DNA of 64,000 nucleotides from Candidatus Bathyarchaeia archaeon (GCA_050014495.1 JBEKDF010000003.1:32001-96000); one strand, 5' to 3'; numbered from the stretch's first letter, positions 19,433 to 29,576 are shown. Numbers and translations are program-made. The notes: a model not told the origin generated them from the letters alone.

Positions 19433-20596
19433 CTACTTCTTCTTGACGGTCTTGAGGGACTTCTCGATCCTGTCGAGGGCCTCACCAAGAATGGCCTCGC
19501 TCGTTGCGATGGTCATTCTCATATGCATTTCGCCTTCGGGGCCAAACTCCGTGCCTGTTCCGAGGCCGACCTTCGCTTTTTCCTGCATAAGTTTAGCGAG
19601 CTCCTCGTGGGTCATCTGCACGTTGAACTTGGGGAACATGAGGTAGGTTCCCTGTAGCTCGGGTACGGTGCATCCCATCTCTGTGAACCGCTTTGTTGCG
19701 ATTCCCCTTATCTTCGTTAGTTGGTCAATGATATCCTTGATCCAGTACTCACCGTGTCTGTCGAGTGCCGCAATGGCGGCGTCGAGGCTGAGGGTCGAGG
19801 ACCCGCGCAGCACTCCCTTTGCGTGCTTCTTGAGTCCCTCCCTCATTTTAGGCGTCGCGGTGAGATACCCGCACTGAAGACCGGGTAGGCCCCAAGTCTT
19901 GCTTATGCCCCAGCTCGTCACTGTTAGGTCAGCGACCTCGGGACTGAGGGTGGCGAGGCTGATGTGCTTCTTTCCGTCGAATACTATGTCGTCCCATAGC
20001 TCGTCGACCATGATGTTGATCTTGTGGTCTACTGCGACGTCGGCGATGCCCTTCAACTCTTCCTTTGTCATGACGCGGCCGGAGGGGTTGTGGGGATTGC
20101 AGACGAATATGAGCTTGGTCTTCTTGTTCACTAGCTTTTTCAGGCCTTCGATGTCGAACTTGTAGCCGTCCTCCTCGTTAATCTTCCAGTAGGCGGGCTT
20201 CATTTGGCAAGTTTCGACGGCGGTGAAGAATGGAAAATACATGGGGTTAGTGACAACGATTTCGTCGCCCGGCTTAGCCCCGCAGTTCTGGATGGCTAGC
20301 CACATTGCGGGGATGACACCCTGGGTGACGTAGATATCATCCTTCGTGATCTTGAAGCCGTTTTTCCTATTGACTCTCTCCGCCATGACCTCTCTGGCCT
20401 TATCGTCGGTTCCATAGAGTAAGTCCTCGTCTTGAACTGCGTTGATTAGTGCCTTCTTTATGAAGGGTGCTGTCGGGAAGTCTGGGTCAGCGAGCCACAT
20501 GCCGATGACATCTGGGGGGTCGCGGTGCCATTTGATTCCCGGCGCCGCAAGCATGCCCTCAATAGTAGCTGAGTTGAGAACATCTGCATTATACAT
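19433..20596 (-). CDS. MalY/PatB-type PLP enzyme (cystathionine beta-lyase/aminotransferase)
   Basis: MWLADPDF, CNPHNPSGRV, DELW.D, SKTWGLPGL. Confidence 0.9.
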   Translation of the reverse strand: MYNADVLNSATIEGMLAAPGIKWHRDPPDVIGMWLADPDFPTAPFIKKALINAVQDEDLLYGTDDKAREVMAERVNRKNGFKITKDDIYVTQGVIPAMWLAIQNCGAKPGDEIVVTNPMYFPFFTAVETCQMKPAYWKINEEDGYKFDIEGLKKLVNKKTKLIFVCNPHNPSGRVMTKEELKGIADVAVDHKINIMVDELWDDIVFDGKKHISLATLSPEVADLTVTSWGISKTWGLPGLQCGYLTATPKMREGLKKHAKGVLRGSSTLSLDAAIAALDRHGEYWIKDIIDQLTKIRGIATKRFTEMGCTVPELQGTYLMFPKFNVQMTHEELAKLMQEKAKVGLGTGTEFGPEGEMHMRMTIATSEAILGEALDRIEKSLKTVKKK

Positions 20597-20629
20597 AATC
20601 TGTCACTTCGACATGGAAGGGTCCACCAG

Positions 20630-20866
20630 ATGGTAATAATGGTTTTGATGAGCGCGCGCGCATGGCAAACACTACATAAAGTCGTTGGCTTTAGTTCACA
20701 CAAATTCAGAAAGTCTAGAGCCAACTGGTTTGCTTCACAACCAGATGTTGATTTAAAGGGTATGCTTCAGTGGTTTGGCTGGGCTAGAATTGCGACAGCC
20801 GATTCTTATGTTGCACCAGCAAGAGAGGCAACCAAGATGAGAAAGATACTGGATAGGGTTTCGTGA
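20630..20866 (+). pseudogene. C-terminal fragment of a tyrosine recombinase/integrase
   Basis: SHKFRKSRA (HxxR), FGW and ADSY (catalytic W/Y region); N-terminal portion absent. Confidence 0.7.
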
Positions 20867-20875
20867 TGGTTTACC

Positions 20876-22535
20876 CTAACCCAATTTCTTCTGTATTACC
20901 TCTTCCTTCCTGATTATTTGTGGGGCTTCCCTGAACATATTAGATGTAGGTGGGATGTCGGGTCTTGCATTGTGAAGCAACTGCTCAATAGTTAAAATCT
21001 GAATTTTAGGATATTCGTGATTCCAGTTAGGGGCAATATATGGGTCTGTGGCTTTAACTTCTTTAACCATCTCATCTGTTGGCTCTTCAAGGGTAATGAA
21101 TAGCCCCATTACAGCACCCTGTCTTTGAACAACATCCCTTAGTTCACGAATATCCTTCATTCCAACGTGTCCAGACTTTACCTGTACAACAATTCTCTCA
21201 ACTTGAGATTCAGAGATGGGGAATCTTAGCCAACCATCAATTCCCTCATCTGCCCCCTTTCTGCCAACTCTGGGTGAAGAACTTGTTGAGCCTACTGGTC
21301 TAGCACCAATCAAAGATAGTGCCCACCACTGGAATTGATACCTATCTTTAGAAAGTTCTCTTGCTGATTCAACATCCTTTGGTTCTCCTGTGACCTGAAA
21401 ATCTGCATTAGGAAAAGACTCTATAATTCGATTCTTGATCAGATTGATGGCTAAAAACGTAATATCAATGCCAATCCAATGTCGATGTAATGTTTCTGCG
21501 GTAATAGTGGCTGTACCACATCCACAGAATGGGTCTAAAACAATATCCCCTTCATTACTACTTGTTTTGATTATTCGTTCAAGTAACTCAACTGGTTTTT
21601 GAGTTTGAAAGCCCATTCGTTCAGAACTATGTGATTGTATTGGATTTATATCAGTCCAAATATCCTGAAGAAGAACACCTTTACCTTCATCTTTATACCG
21701 CTTATATCTTGGGACACCACCAATCTTCTTTGGAAAATAAATTCTTCCTTTTCTATCTAGTTCTTCTAAATTTTCTATAGTAAATTTCCAATGATTACCT
21801 CTAATATTGGGGTCGATTCCTTTCCAAACTTTTCCGCTTTCTCCTTTTCGTGTTCCTGATGCCATAAGGTCGGATGATGTCCATTCTCTTCCATCTGGGT
21901 CTTTATTTTTATAGAATTTATCAAGATAGTCTTTATCATAATCAGAATATTGTGGATTAAATGTATAATCATTTGACTTTGTGTAAAATAGGATAGAATC
22001 GTGTATTCTACCATATTTAGTAATTTTACCTTCTCCTGAATGTGCTGATGTTCTCTTCCATATTATTTCATTCCTAAAATTCTCTATTCCAAATATTGAA
22101 TCCATTATCAATTTGAGATAGTGACTAGCGGTTGAATCACAGTGAAGATAAATAGAGCCTGTTGATTTGAGAACTCTATGAAGTTCTAATAACCGAATAT
22201 CCATCATTACTAGATATGCTAACATATCATTGATTCCTAGAAAATGTTGTAGTGCAAGAATCAAGTTAGCGACATCGTTAGGGGTTTCAAGTGTGAGATA
22301 ATCAAAGGCTTTTCTTGCCTGTGTCCCAATGCCAAGTATCTGTGAAAGCCTGAATCTGTGCTTGTGATTGTTCTCCTGTTACTTCTTTGAAAAGAATATT
22401 ATAATCAGCTTGACTGTTGAAAGGTGGGTCTAGGTAAATCAGGTCAATTGACTCATCCTGAAAGTATTTGGGATTGCGAAGAACCGCAAGATTATCCCCA
22501 TAATATAGGGTGTTTTTAAAATCTGGATGAGCCAT
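20876..22535 (-). pseudogene. N6A/N4C DNA methyltransferase fused to Mrr-like endonuclease, frameshifted
   Basis: YLDPPF motif IV in 22535-22302; VLDPFCGCGT motif I and DEGIDG...VQVKSG nuclease motif in 22264-20876; frames join at WHWDT/ARKAFDYL near 22320. Confidence 0.85.
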
Positions 22536-22736
22536 AAAGACAAATCATCATAATGGCTTAAAACAATTAGGGCAAATATTAGTTTCTTAATATCCTATAT
22601 CTAGACCACTCATTTTATATCCGACTACCCTACCACTTCCGTGAGCAAAATTGACACACAATGAAAGGGGCAAAGGTATGAAAATACGCTTACGCCTAAC
22701 CTTTTCATTATGGCAAACGCTTACGGGAGAAAATCT

Positions 22737-23015
22737 ATGATAATACTCCTCTACTTCGATTGGGTTGGTAGCAAAAAGGAGCTGAAGGAGCACGATAAGC
22801 GTATGCAGAAAGCCTGTGAGGAAACTGGGGTTAAGTACATGGGGATCCATGGTTCTATGAACCAGAAGTGGAACTACTGCTGGCTGTTTGACACTCGCAG
22901 CTATGATCACTTCATGGAAATGACAGCAAAGGTGCCGCGCCCACCACAGATGACCCATTACATAACCGAACACCTGATTCCAGTGCAGCTCCCAACCGAG
23001 CAGCCCCATCTTTAA
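22737..23015 (+). CDS. small hypothetical protein
   Basis: Plausible 92-aa ORF filling the gap between islet and pantoate kinase. Confidence 0.6.
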   Translation: MIILLYFDWVGSKKELKEHDKRMQKACEETGVKYMGIHGSMNQKWNYCWLFDTRSYDHFMEMTAKVPRPPQMTHYITEHLIPVQLPTEQPHL

Positions 23016-23029
23016 GATAGGACAAATAT

Positions 23030-23944
23030 CTAGTTTCTTCTAGAAATCACTTTAGCGCCGTCGTCATCGATCCCGACAACTACAGCTTCGTAGCTGGGGA
23101 AAGCGGTTTCGATCGCTCTAGCTGCCTCCTCTGCTTTTTCCCTTAACATGACGCTGAATGCCACTTCGCCGAACATCGCCATAGTAAACATGTAACCAGC
23201 TGATTCCATCTTATCGAACAATGTTCTAAGCTTCGGGGTCACGAGGCCTACATGCTCCGTGAATTGGCGGCTGGATCTCATGAAGTGAATAGGTGTAGGG
23301 TCTTCGGTGAGTTCATCGACGAACTTACCTCCCATCTCATTGATTCTTGCCCTTAGAGCGAGGTTAGCGAGGGCTTCTCTCGTCTTAATGGGGCCAAAGT
23401 GGACGTATACGACGCGCAGTTCCTTTGTATTTGGATATGAAATTGCTTCGCCGATACCTGGGGCGCCAGGTTTGGTGAGTATCCCGAATCCACCGCGCTC
23501 CGAGGCGAAGACGCTGCCTAATCCCGTTTTGCACTCAATTTCGGCGATATGAGCTATCTGAGCTGCTTCCACCCTCGTTAATCCTGAGCCAGCTGCTTCA
23601 TTCATGGCCAGGGCTAGGCTAAGTGCGCCTCCACCGCTGCTACCAAAGCCAGCGAAAATTGGCGTCTCTACGTAATGCTCGACGGAAATGACCTGCGGTA
23701 TAATCAGCTTCGAGAACTTCGTTAACACATTCTCTGAGACGAAGGCCTCTTCAGTAGTTTTCCCGTTGATCATTATCTTCCATTTCATTACTTTTGCGGG
23801 TTCGGCAGTAACCTTAGTGTAGACACCTAAAGCAAGACTTACACCCGAACCCCTCGATCCCTTCTTCAGTGGGTCGGTAGGTTGGTCACATATCTGGAAT
23901 AGGCCCGTTATGTGCCCTGGTGCGAAAGCTGTGGCGGTGGCCAT
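23030..23944 (-). CDS. archaeal pantoate kinase (GHMP)
   Basis: AFAPGHITGLF, GS.GSG, P..AGFGSSG, AH.AEI.CKTGLG. Confidence 0.9.
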   Translation of the reverse strand: MATATAFAPGHITGLFQICDQPTDPLKKGSRGSGVSLALGVYTKVTAEPAKVMKWKIMINGKTTEEAFVSENVLTKFSKLIIPQVISVEHYVETPIFAGFGSSGGGALSLALAMNEAAGSGLTRVEAAQIAHIAEIECKTGLGSVFASERGGFGILTKPGAPGIGEAISYPNTKELRVVYVHFGPIKTREALANLALRARINEMGGKFVDELTEDPTPIHFMRSSRQFTEHVGLVTPKLRTLFDKMESAGYMFTMAMFGEVAFSVMLREKAEEAARAIETAFPSYEAVVVGIDDDGAKVISRRN

Positions 23945-23987
23945 GGCGAATCGCGTCAGGGGTGTGGCTTGCCCGTGATAAGTCTTA

Positions 23988-25208
23988 CTACCTTAGAGAC
24001 CCATAGTCGAAGGGTCTCTTAGGGTCAGCAACGGGCGCCTTGACTGTGAATAGATCCGTGTACTTGAGGCCGGAGCCTGTGTTGAAGATGACGACGCGCT
24101 CGTTTCTTTCAACCTCCCCCTCTTCCACCATCTTCCTGAGAGCGGAGATGGTTGCAGCGCCTTCGGGGCACGCGAAGATTCCCTCTAGGCGACTTATCAG
24201 GCGGACGTCAGCCATAAGCTCATCATCAGTTACCGCGATGGCGGTTCCGCCACTTTCTCTCACCGCCTTAAGGATTAGGAAGTCGCCGAGGGCCTTCGGG
24301 ACTCTCAAACCGGACGCTAAAGTGTGTGCGTTTTCAAAAAACTCGCTCTCATCCTTTCCCTCCACAAAGGCCTTGATGATTGGGCTACAACCTTCTGCTT
24401 GGACGCTCACCATTCTGGGTCGCTCGCTCCCTATCCAACCCATCTCCTCGAGCTCGTCGAAGACCTTCCACATTCCAATGATTCCCGTGCCTCCGCCAGT
24501 GGGATAAATGATGACATCCGGCAGCTTCCAATCAAGCTGCTCCGCGACCTCGAGGCCCATCGTCTTCTTACCCTCAATCCGGTAGGGCTCTCCGAGAGTG
24601 GCTACGCTGAACCAAGCCATCTCCTGCTCACCGTCGCGGACGAGCTTCCCCGCATCGCTTATGAGACCCTTCACATAAACAACTTTAGCGCCAACAACGT
24701 CAGATTCTACAGCGTTGACCTTTGGAGCGTCCTCTGGCATGAAGACGTAAACCTCTAGACCCGCACGTGCCCCGTAGGCAGCCATCGCACCCGCAGCGTT
24801 ACCAGCTGATGGGAGTGCAACACGCTTAATTCCAAGCTCCTTCGCCCTGCTGATGGCGACGCTAAGGCCCCTCGCCTTGAAGCTACCGGTGGGGATGACT
24901 CCCTCGTCCTTGACAAGGAGGTTAGATAGACCCAGGGACTCACCTAAACGTGGTGCTGGGGTGAGTGGGGTCCACCCCTCCCCGAGGGTAACGATGTTCT
25001 GCTTTCTTTTCACCGGAAGAATCTCCATGTATCTCCACATCGAGGAGACTCTCCCAACGAGTTCCCGTTTCGTAATCGTCTCTTTCGCTGCCTCTAGGTC
25101 ATATCTAGCGAAGAGGGGTTTACCGCACTTTCTACAGACTGTCTGAACCTGATCGGCGTCGTGGAGTTCACCACACTTCGAGCACTCTAGGTGAGTTAGG
25201 TTACTCAT
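23988..25208 (-). CDS. thrC: threonine synthase
   Basis: N-terminal CxxC..CxxC, TLGEGWTP, PTGSFKARG, SAGNAA, EGKKT. Confidence 0.9.
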   Translation of the reverse strand: MSNLTHLECSKCGELHDADQVQTVCRKCGKPLFARYDLEAAKETITKRELVGRVSSMWRYMEILPVKRKQNIVTLGEGWTPLTPAPRLGESLGLSNLLVKDEGVIPTGSFKARGLSVAISRAKELGIKRVALPSAGNAAGAMAAYGARAGLEVYVFMPEDAPKVNAVESDVVGAKVVYVKGLISDAGKLVRDGEQEMAWFSVATLGEPYRIEGKKTMGLEVAEQLDWKLPDVIIYPTGGGTGIIGMWKVFDELEEMGWIGSERPRMVSVQAEGCSPIIKAFVEGKDESEFFENAHTLASGLRVPKALGDFLILKAVRESGGTAIAVTDDELMADVRLISRLEGIFACPEGAATISALRKMVEEGEVERNERVVIFNTGSGLKYTDLFTVKAPVADPKRPFDYGSLR

Positions 25209-25287
25209 GAATCCACTCCTATGGTTTACGGGTCTCGGCGGTGTTAAGTTTAGCGTGGTACAAACATCATACTGTAATTATCTTCAC

Positions 25288-25300
25288 AAACTTTTTATTT
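25288..25300 (+). promoter_or_regulatory. putative BRE/TATA box of the ilvBNC operon
   Basis: AAACTTTTTATTT upstream of the leader; similar AAACCCTTTTATT upstream of ilvB copy 1. Confidence 0.45.
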
Positions 25301-25345
25301 AGTGCCGCTTATTTCTTGGCTACATACAGTTTGGAGATTGGTTTC

Positions 25346-25390
25346 ATGGGGTATCGTTTTATCATTGCCGCCGAGTTGAGGGTGGCGTAG
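25346..25390 (+). other. leader mini-ORF 1 of ilvB copy 2 (MGYRFIIAAELRVA) with internal hairpin
   Basis: 45-nt ATG..TAG unit containing the GCCGCC-N8-GGTGGC hairpin. Confidence 0.5.
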
Positions 25391-25414
25391 ATGGGGTATC
25401 GCTTTATTCGGTAG
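25391..25414 (+). other. leader mini-ORF 2 of ilvB copy 2 (MGYRFIR)
   Basis: ATG GGG TAT CGC TTT ATT CGG TAG directly after the previous stop. Confidence 0.5.
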
Positions 25415-25521
25415 TACAACACCCGTGGAGTGTCCCCAGTTCTTAATTTGGTTTAGTTCCTCAGTGATGGGCTTAGTCGCTTGGCTTGGTCCCCGATTCT
25501 ACGATTTGGAGGAGTTCAAGT

Positions 25522-27213
25522 TTGGTTGAGATGGCTGGTACTAAGGCATTCGTAAAGTCCCTTGAGTTGGAGGGTGTGAAACACGTCTTCGGGCTACCTG
25601 GCGGAGTAGTCATCCCGTTATGCGATGAGATTCTTAACGGAGACTTCCGTTTCATCCTTGCCCGGCACGAACAGGGAGCAGCACATATGGCTGATGGATA
25701 TGCCAGAGCCACTGGGGGGGTGGGTGTTTGCCTCGCGACGTCCGGCCCAGGTGCCACTAACCTCGTCACCGGGGTAGCGTCTGCCAATATGGACTCAAGC
25801 GCAGTCGTCGCCTTCACGGGGCAAGTGACTCGTGCAACGATCGGCACCGATGCCTTCCAGGAGGTAGACATCATCGGGTGTAGCGCTTCTGTGACCAAGT
25901 ACAATATGCAGGTGAGGAAGGCCTCTGAGATACCGAGAGCGGTTAAGGTCGCTTTCCAGATCGCCTCGACGGGGAGGAGGGGTGCAGTCCTCGTAGATTT
26001 ACCTAAGGACGTCACGACCGACGTCGAGGACATCAGCTTCCCCGAGACCGTGAAGCTCAGGGGGTATCACCCCAACTATCAACCGGACCCACGCGAAGTT
26101 GAGTGGGCCGCGACGCTCCTCGCTAAGGCTCAGCGCCCCGTCGTTGTAGCCGGGGGCGGGGTCGTGAACTCCGGCGCGACACGCGAACTCGTTGCCCTTA
26201 GTGAGTACCTTATGGCGCCTACCGCAACTACCCTCATGGGCAAGGGCTCCTTCCCAGCCGACCACCCACTCAGCCTCGGCCTATGCGGGATGCATGGCAC
26301 ACAGGCAGCTAACAACCTCGTCCCCGAGGCGGACGTCCTCTTAATTGTCGGAGCGCGCCTCAGCGACAGGACGACGGGGGCAGTGAAGAGCTTCGCGCCC
26401 AACGCTAAGATTATCCACCTCGATATTGACAGGAGCGAGATCGACAAGAACGTGGAGACAGTGACTCGCGTCGTCGGGGACGCTGCCCTAGGCTTACGTG
26501 GCCTTCTCTACAACGTGAGCAAGCTCCGCGCGGGTGGTGAGGTGAGCTCCGAGTGGAGCAAGAAGGTGGCGGAATTCCGCTGCCAAGTCAACTCGAACGG
26601 TAATGGACATAAGGAGGGATATCTAAGAGCCCCCGACGTCATCAGAGCGCTCCGCAAATCACTCCCCCGTGAGTCGATCGTCACAACCGAGGTGGGGCAG
26701 TGCCAGATGTGGGCCGCGCTCCACTACGACGCCTACGACCCGAGGACCTTCTTCACTAGTGGTGGCCTCGGCACGATGGGTTGGGGTTTCCCAGCCGCCA
26801 TCGGCGTAAAGGCTGCGAGGCCCAAAGTCCCGGTCGTGGATATAGCTGGGGATGGCAGCTTTGGCATGACGGAGAACAGTATGGCGACGAGTGTCGAGGA
26901 GGACCTGCCTGTCGTAGTAGTTGTGTTGAATAATCAGATGCTAGGCATGGTCGCCCAGTGGCAGCGTCTCTTCTTTGACCACCGCTACTCTGCGGTGAAG
27001 TTGAAGGGTAACCCTAACATGGTGAAGCTTGCTGAGGCGTATGGGGCTGAGGGTGTCAGGGTAGACACCTTGGAGGCTTTCGAGTCCGCAGTGAGGCGAG
27101 CGATTAAGAGCGACGTTTCGACAGTCATCGATGTTCCGATAGACCCGGAGGAGAACGTATACCCGATAGTTCCACCTGGTGCGGGATTGAAGGACGCGCT
27201 TCTGGAGGCTTAG
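25522..27213 (+). CDS. ilvB: acetolactate synthase large subunit, copy 2
   Basis: FGLPGG, ARHEQGA, TSGPGATN, GDGSF..NN; TTG start (MVEMAG) after GGAGGAG. Confidence 0.95.
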   Translation: MVEMAGTKAFVKSLELEGVKHVFGLPGGVVIPLCDEILNGDFRFILARHEQGAAHMADGYARATGGVGVCLATSGPGATNLVTGVASANMDSSAVVAFTGQVTRATIGTDAFQEVDIIGCSASVTKYNMQVRKASEIPRAVKVAFQIASTGRRGAVLVDLPKDVTTDVEDISFPETVKLRGYHPNYQPDPREVEWAATLLAKAQRPVVVAGGGVVNSGATRELVALSEYLMAPTATTLMGKGSFPADHPLSLGLCGMHGTQAANNLVPEADVLLIVGARLSDRTTGAVKSFAPNAKIIHLDIDRSEIDKNVETVTRVVGDAALGLRGLLYNVSKLRAGGEVSSEWSKKVAEFRCQVNSNGNGHKEGYLRAPDVIRALRKSLPRESIVTTEVGQCQMWAALHYDAYDPRTFFTSGGLGTMGWGFPAAIGVKAARPKVPVVDIAGDGSFGMTENSMATSVEEDLPVVVVVLNNQMLGMVAQWQRLFFDHRYSAVKLKGNPNMVKLAEAYGAEGVRVDTLEAFESAVRRAIKSDVSTVIDVPIDPEENVYPIVPPGAGLKDALLEA

Positions 27214-27215
27214 AA

Positions 27216-27725
27216 ATGAGCGAGATGCATGTAGTCGCGTTCTTGGTCGAGAATAGGCCGGGTGTGCTGTTTAATATAAGCAACATGTTCCGTCGGAAGA
27301 ACTTCAACATCCACAGCATCACTGCTGGGACAGTGCTCGACGACGAAACGGTGAGAATAACCATCGTCGTTCAAGCAGACTCCAGAGGCGTCAACCAGGT
27401 TGTGGAACAGCTCGATAAGATGGTTGACGTGGTGGAAGTAAAGCGCCTTGACCCGCTTCGTACAGTGAACAGAGAGCTGGCACTTGTGAAGCTAACGACG
27501 ACAGACCCGATGGCGAGAGAGGATGCCCTACGGTTAGTGAACGAATACCACGGTCTGATCCTGGATATCGAGCCGGACAACCTTATAGCCGAGGTCACGG
27601 GTGAGTCTGAGGAGATAGACGCGTTCATAGAGGCTGTTATGCCCATAGGGGTGGAGGAGATCTCGAGGACGGGAGTGACAGCTATCGAGAAGGGACGGCT
27701 AAGACTAGAGAAGGGTGAGTACTGA
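27216..27725 (+). CDS. ilvN: acetolactate synthase small subunit, copy 2
   Basis: LVENRPGVL...FRRKNFNI ACT domain, SRTG. Confidence 0.93.
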   Translation: MSEMHVVAFLVENRPGVLFNISNMFRRKNFNIHSITAGTVLDDETVRITIVVQADSRGVNQVVEQLDKMVDVVEVKRLDPLRTVNRELALVKLTTTDPMAREDALRLVNEYHGLILDIEPDNLIAEVTGESEEIDAFIEAVMPIGVEEISRTGVTAIEKGRLRLEKGEY

Positions 27726-28714
27726 TGGTGAAGGTATACCACGATAAAGACATAGATGACAAGGTTCTGAAGGGGAAGACCGTGGCCGTAATCGGCTACG
27801 GTAGCCAGGGTAGGGCTCAGGCCCTCAACATGAAGGATAGCGGAGTTAATGTCGTAGTGGGTCTCCGCCCCGGAGGGAAGAGTTGGAAGCAGGCCCTAGC
27901 AGATGGCGTTAAGGTGACGACGGTCCTCGAGGCCGCACAGCAGGGGGATATAGTCCTCATGCTTGTCCCCGATATGGCGCAGCCCACAGTGTGGAAGGAA
28001 GAGGTCGCCCTAGCTATGAAGAAGGGGAAAACCCTCCAGTTCGCCCATGGATTCAACATACTGTACGGCGCTATCAAACCGCCTAAAGACGTCGACGTAA
28101 TAATGGTGGCCCCAAAGAGCCCCGGTGCAGAGCTCAGACGCCAATACGAGGCCGGCTTCGGCGTTCCATCACTTGTAAGCGTCCACCAGGATGCTTCTGG
28201 AAAGGCGTTACAGACAGCACTCGCCCTCGCGAAGTCGCTGGGCAGCGGAAAAGCAGGGGTCCTAGAGAGCACCTTCAAGGACGAAACTGAGGAGGACTTA
28301 TTTGGAGAGCAGGCTGTCCTCTGTGGTGGGGCTGACCAGCTGATCCGTAGGGGATTTAAGGTCCTCATTGATGCGGGTTATCCGCCAGAGCTAGCTTACT
28401 TCGAGGTCTGCAACGAGTTGAAGCTAATCGTTGACCTCATCTACAAGTCGGGGATAGGTGGGATGTACCGCGCTGTAAGCGACACAGCGAAGTGGGGTGG
28501 CCTCACTGTCGGCCCCGTTATCGTCGACGACCGCGTCGAGGAAAACATGAGGAAGGTGCTCAAGGACGTGCAGAGTGGTAAGTTTGCGAAGGACTGGATT
28601 GCCGAGTACAAAGATGGCTCGAAGCACTTTAAGGTCCTCATGGACGAAGTCGACGCACTGGAAATTGAGAAGGTCGGTAAGCAGATCAGGAAGATGAGTG
28701 GTCTCGAGAAGTAG
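27725..28714 (+). CDS. ilvC: ketol-acid reductoisomerase
   Basis: GYGSQG, FAHGFNI, MVAPK.PG, ETEEDLFGEQAVLCGG. Confidence 0.97.
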   Translation: MVKVYHDKDIDDKVLKGKTVAVIGYGSQGRAQALNMKDSGVNVVVGLRPGGKSWKQALADGVKVTTVLEAAQQGDIVLMLVPDMAQPTVWKEEVALAMKKGKTLQFAHGFNILYGAIKPPKDVDVIMVAPKSPGAELRRQYEAGFGVPSLVSVHQDASGKALQTALALAKSLGSGKAGVLESTFKDETEEDLFGEQAVLCGGADQLIRRGFKVLIDAGYPPELAYFEVCNELKLIVDLIYKSGIGGMYRAVSDTAKWGGLTVGPVIVDDRVEENMRKVLKDVQSGKFAKDWIAEYKDGSKHFKVLMDEVDALEIEKVGKQIRKMSGLEK

Positions 28715-28823
28715 TCCCCTCTTTAGCCGTCTCGTTTTCTTACCCACAGCGATTCTTATGAAGTAATTTTTCTTCACCTTTACTAGGTATCAGTTATATT
28801 CGGCTTGGACTTTTGGTGTATTC

Positions 28824-29471
28824 ATGCCAGAGAGGGGCCTCCACGCCGAGTTGAAGGAGTGGCTAAGGGAGCCTGGGGACCTCGTCGAGGGGACGGTCTG
28901 GGGCTACAGGGCGGACATAATCCGGGGGGACCTTCTCATCGAGATCCAGACTGGGAACTTCCCTCAGATCAGGGCGAAGCTGGTAAAGCTGCTGAAGGGG
29001 TACAGGGTCAGACTCGTGCATCCAGTCCCCGAGAGGCGGTGGGTCATTAGGGAGGTGGACGGGAAGAGGCAGCGCCGGATCTCCCCCCGTATCGGGCGGG
29101 TCGAGGAAGTCTTCAACGAGCTCATCTATTGCCCCACGCTGCCTCTGGACCCGAACTTCTCTCTTGAGGTGCTGCTCGTCCACGCCGATGAGGCGCAGTC
29201 GGTCAGGTGGAGGGGAAAGAGAAGGACTCGGTACACAGTGAAGGAGAGGCACCTCGTGAAGGTTGTCAGTAGCACCGTCTTCGAGAAGCCTGAGGCCTAC
29301 TTGAAGCTGATACCCGACATGCATGGCGCGTTCACAGCCCGCCAGCTGAGCAAGGCCACGGGGCTGAGGATCACACTAGCTCGTCGGATGGTCTACTGCC
29401 TCGCCAAGATGGGGATGTTGGAAGAGGTGGGGATTGTGGCACGCGCTAAGCTCTATCGGGTGAAAGCTTAG
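28824..29471 (+). CDS. putative PD-(D/E)XK nuclease with C-terminal winged helix
   Basis: E..LH.ELK, ADI.....IEIQT motif; C-terminal FTARQLSKATG...ARRMVYCLAKMG HTH. Confidence 0.6.
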   Translation: MPERGLHAELKEWLREPGDLVEGTVWGYRADIIRGDLLIEIQTGNFPQIRAKLVKLLKGYRVRLVHPVPERRWVIREVDGKRQRRISPRIGRVEEVFNELIYCPTLPLDPNFSLEVLLVHADEAQSVRWRGKRRTRYTVKERHLVKVVSSTVFEKPEAYLKLIPDMHGAFTARQLSKATGLRITLARRMVYCLAKMGMLEEVGIVARAKLYRVKA

Positions 29472-29562
29472 CGAGGGATACTTAATGAGTCAGTGTGCGT
29501 CTCGTATGGGCCCGAGTGCGTGAGGTAAGTTTTAACCTACGCGCTTAGATTCTAATCAAGCA

Positions 29563-29576
29563 TAATGGTACCATTA
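29563..29576. promoter_or_regulatory. perfect 14-bp palindrome TAATGGTACCATTA
   Basis: Core AATGGTACCATT recurs at 30267-30278 (one mismatch) and 30369-30380. Confidence 0.6.

Noticed and set aside
22305..22325. Programmed frameshift or phase variation in the methyltransferase
   Set aside because: No long homopolymer or simple repeat at the break; a small indel is the simpler explanation.
25346..25507. Resemblance to the in vitro isoleucine aptamer modules (CUAC and UAUUGGGG) or to a T-box
   Set aside because: Only UGGGG and CUAC match, with no UAUU before the G-run and no T-box UGGNACC bulge; not enough to claim either.
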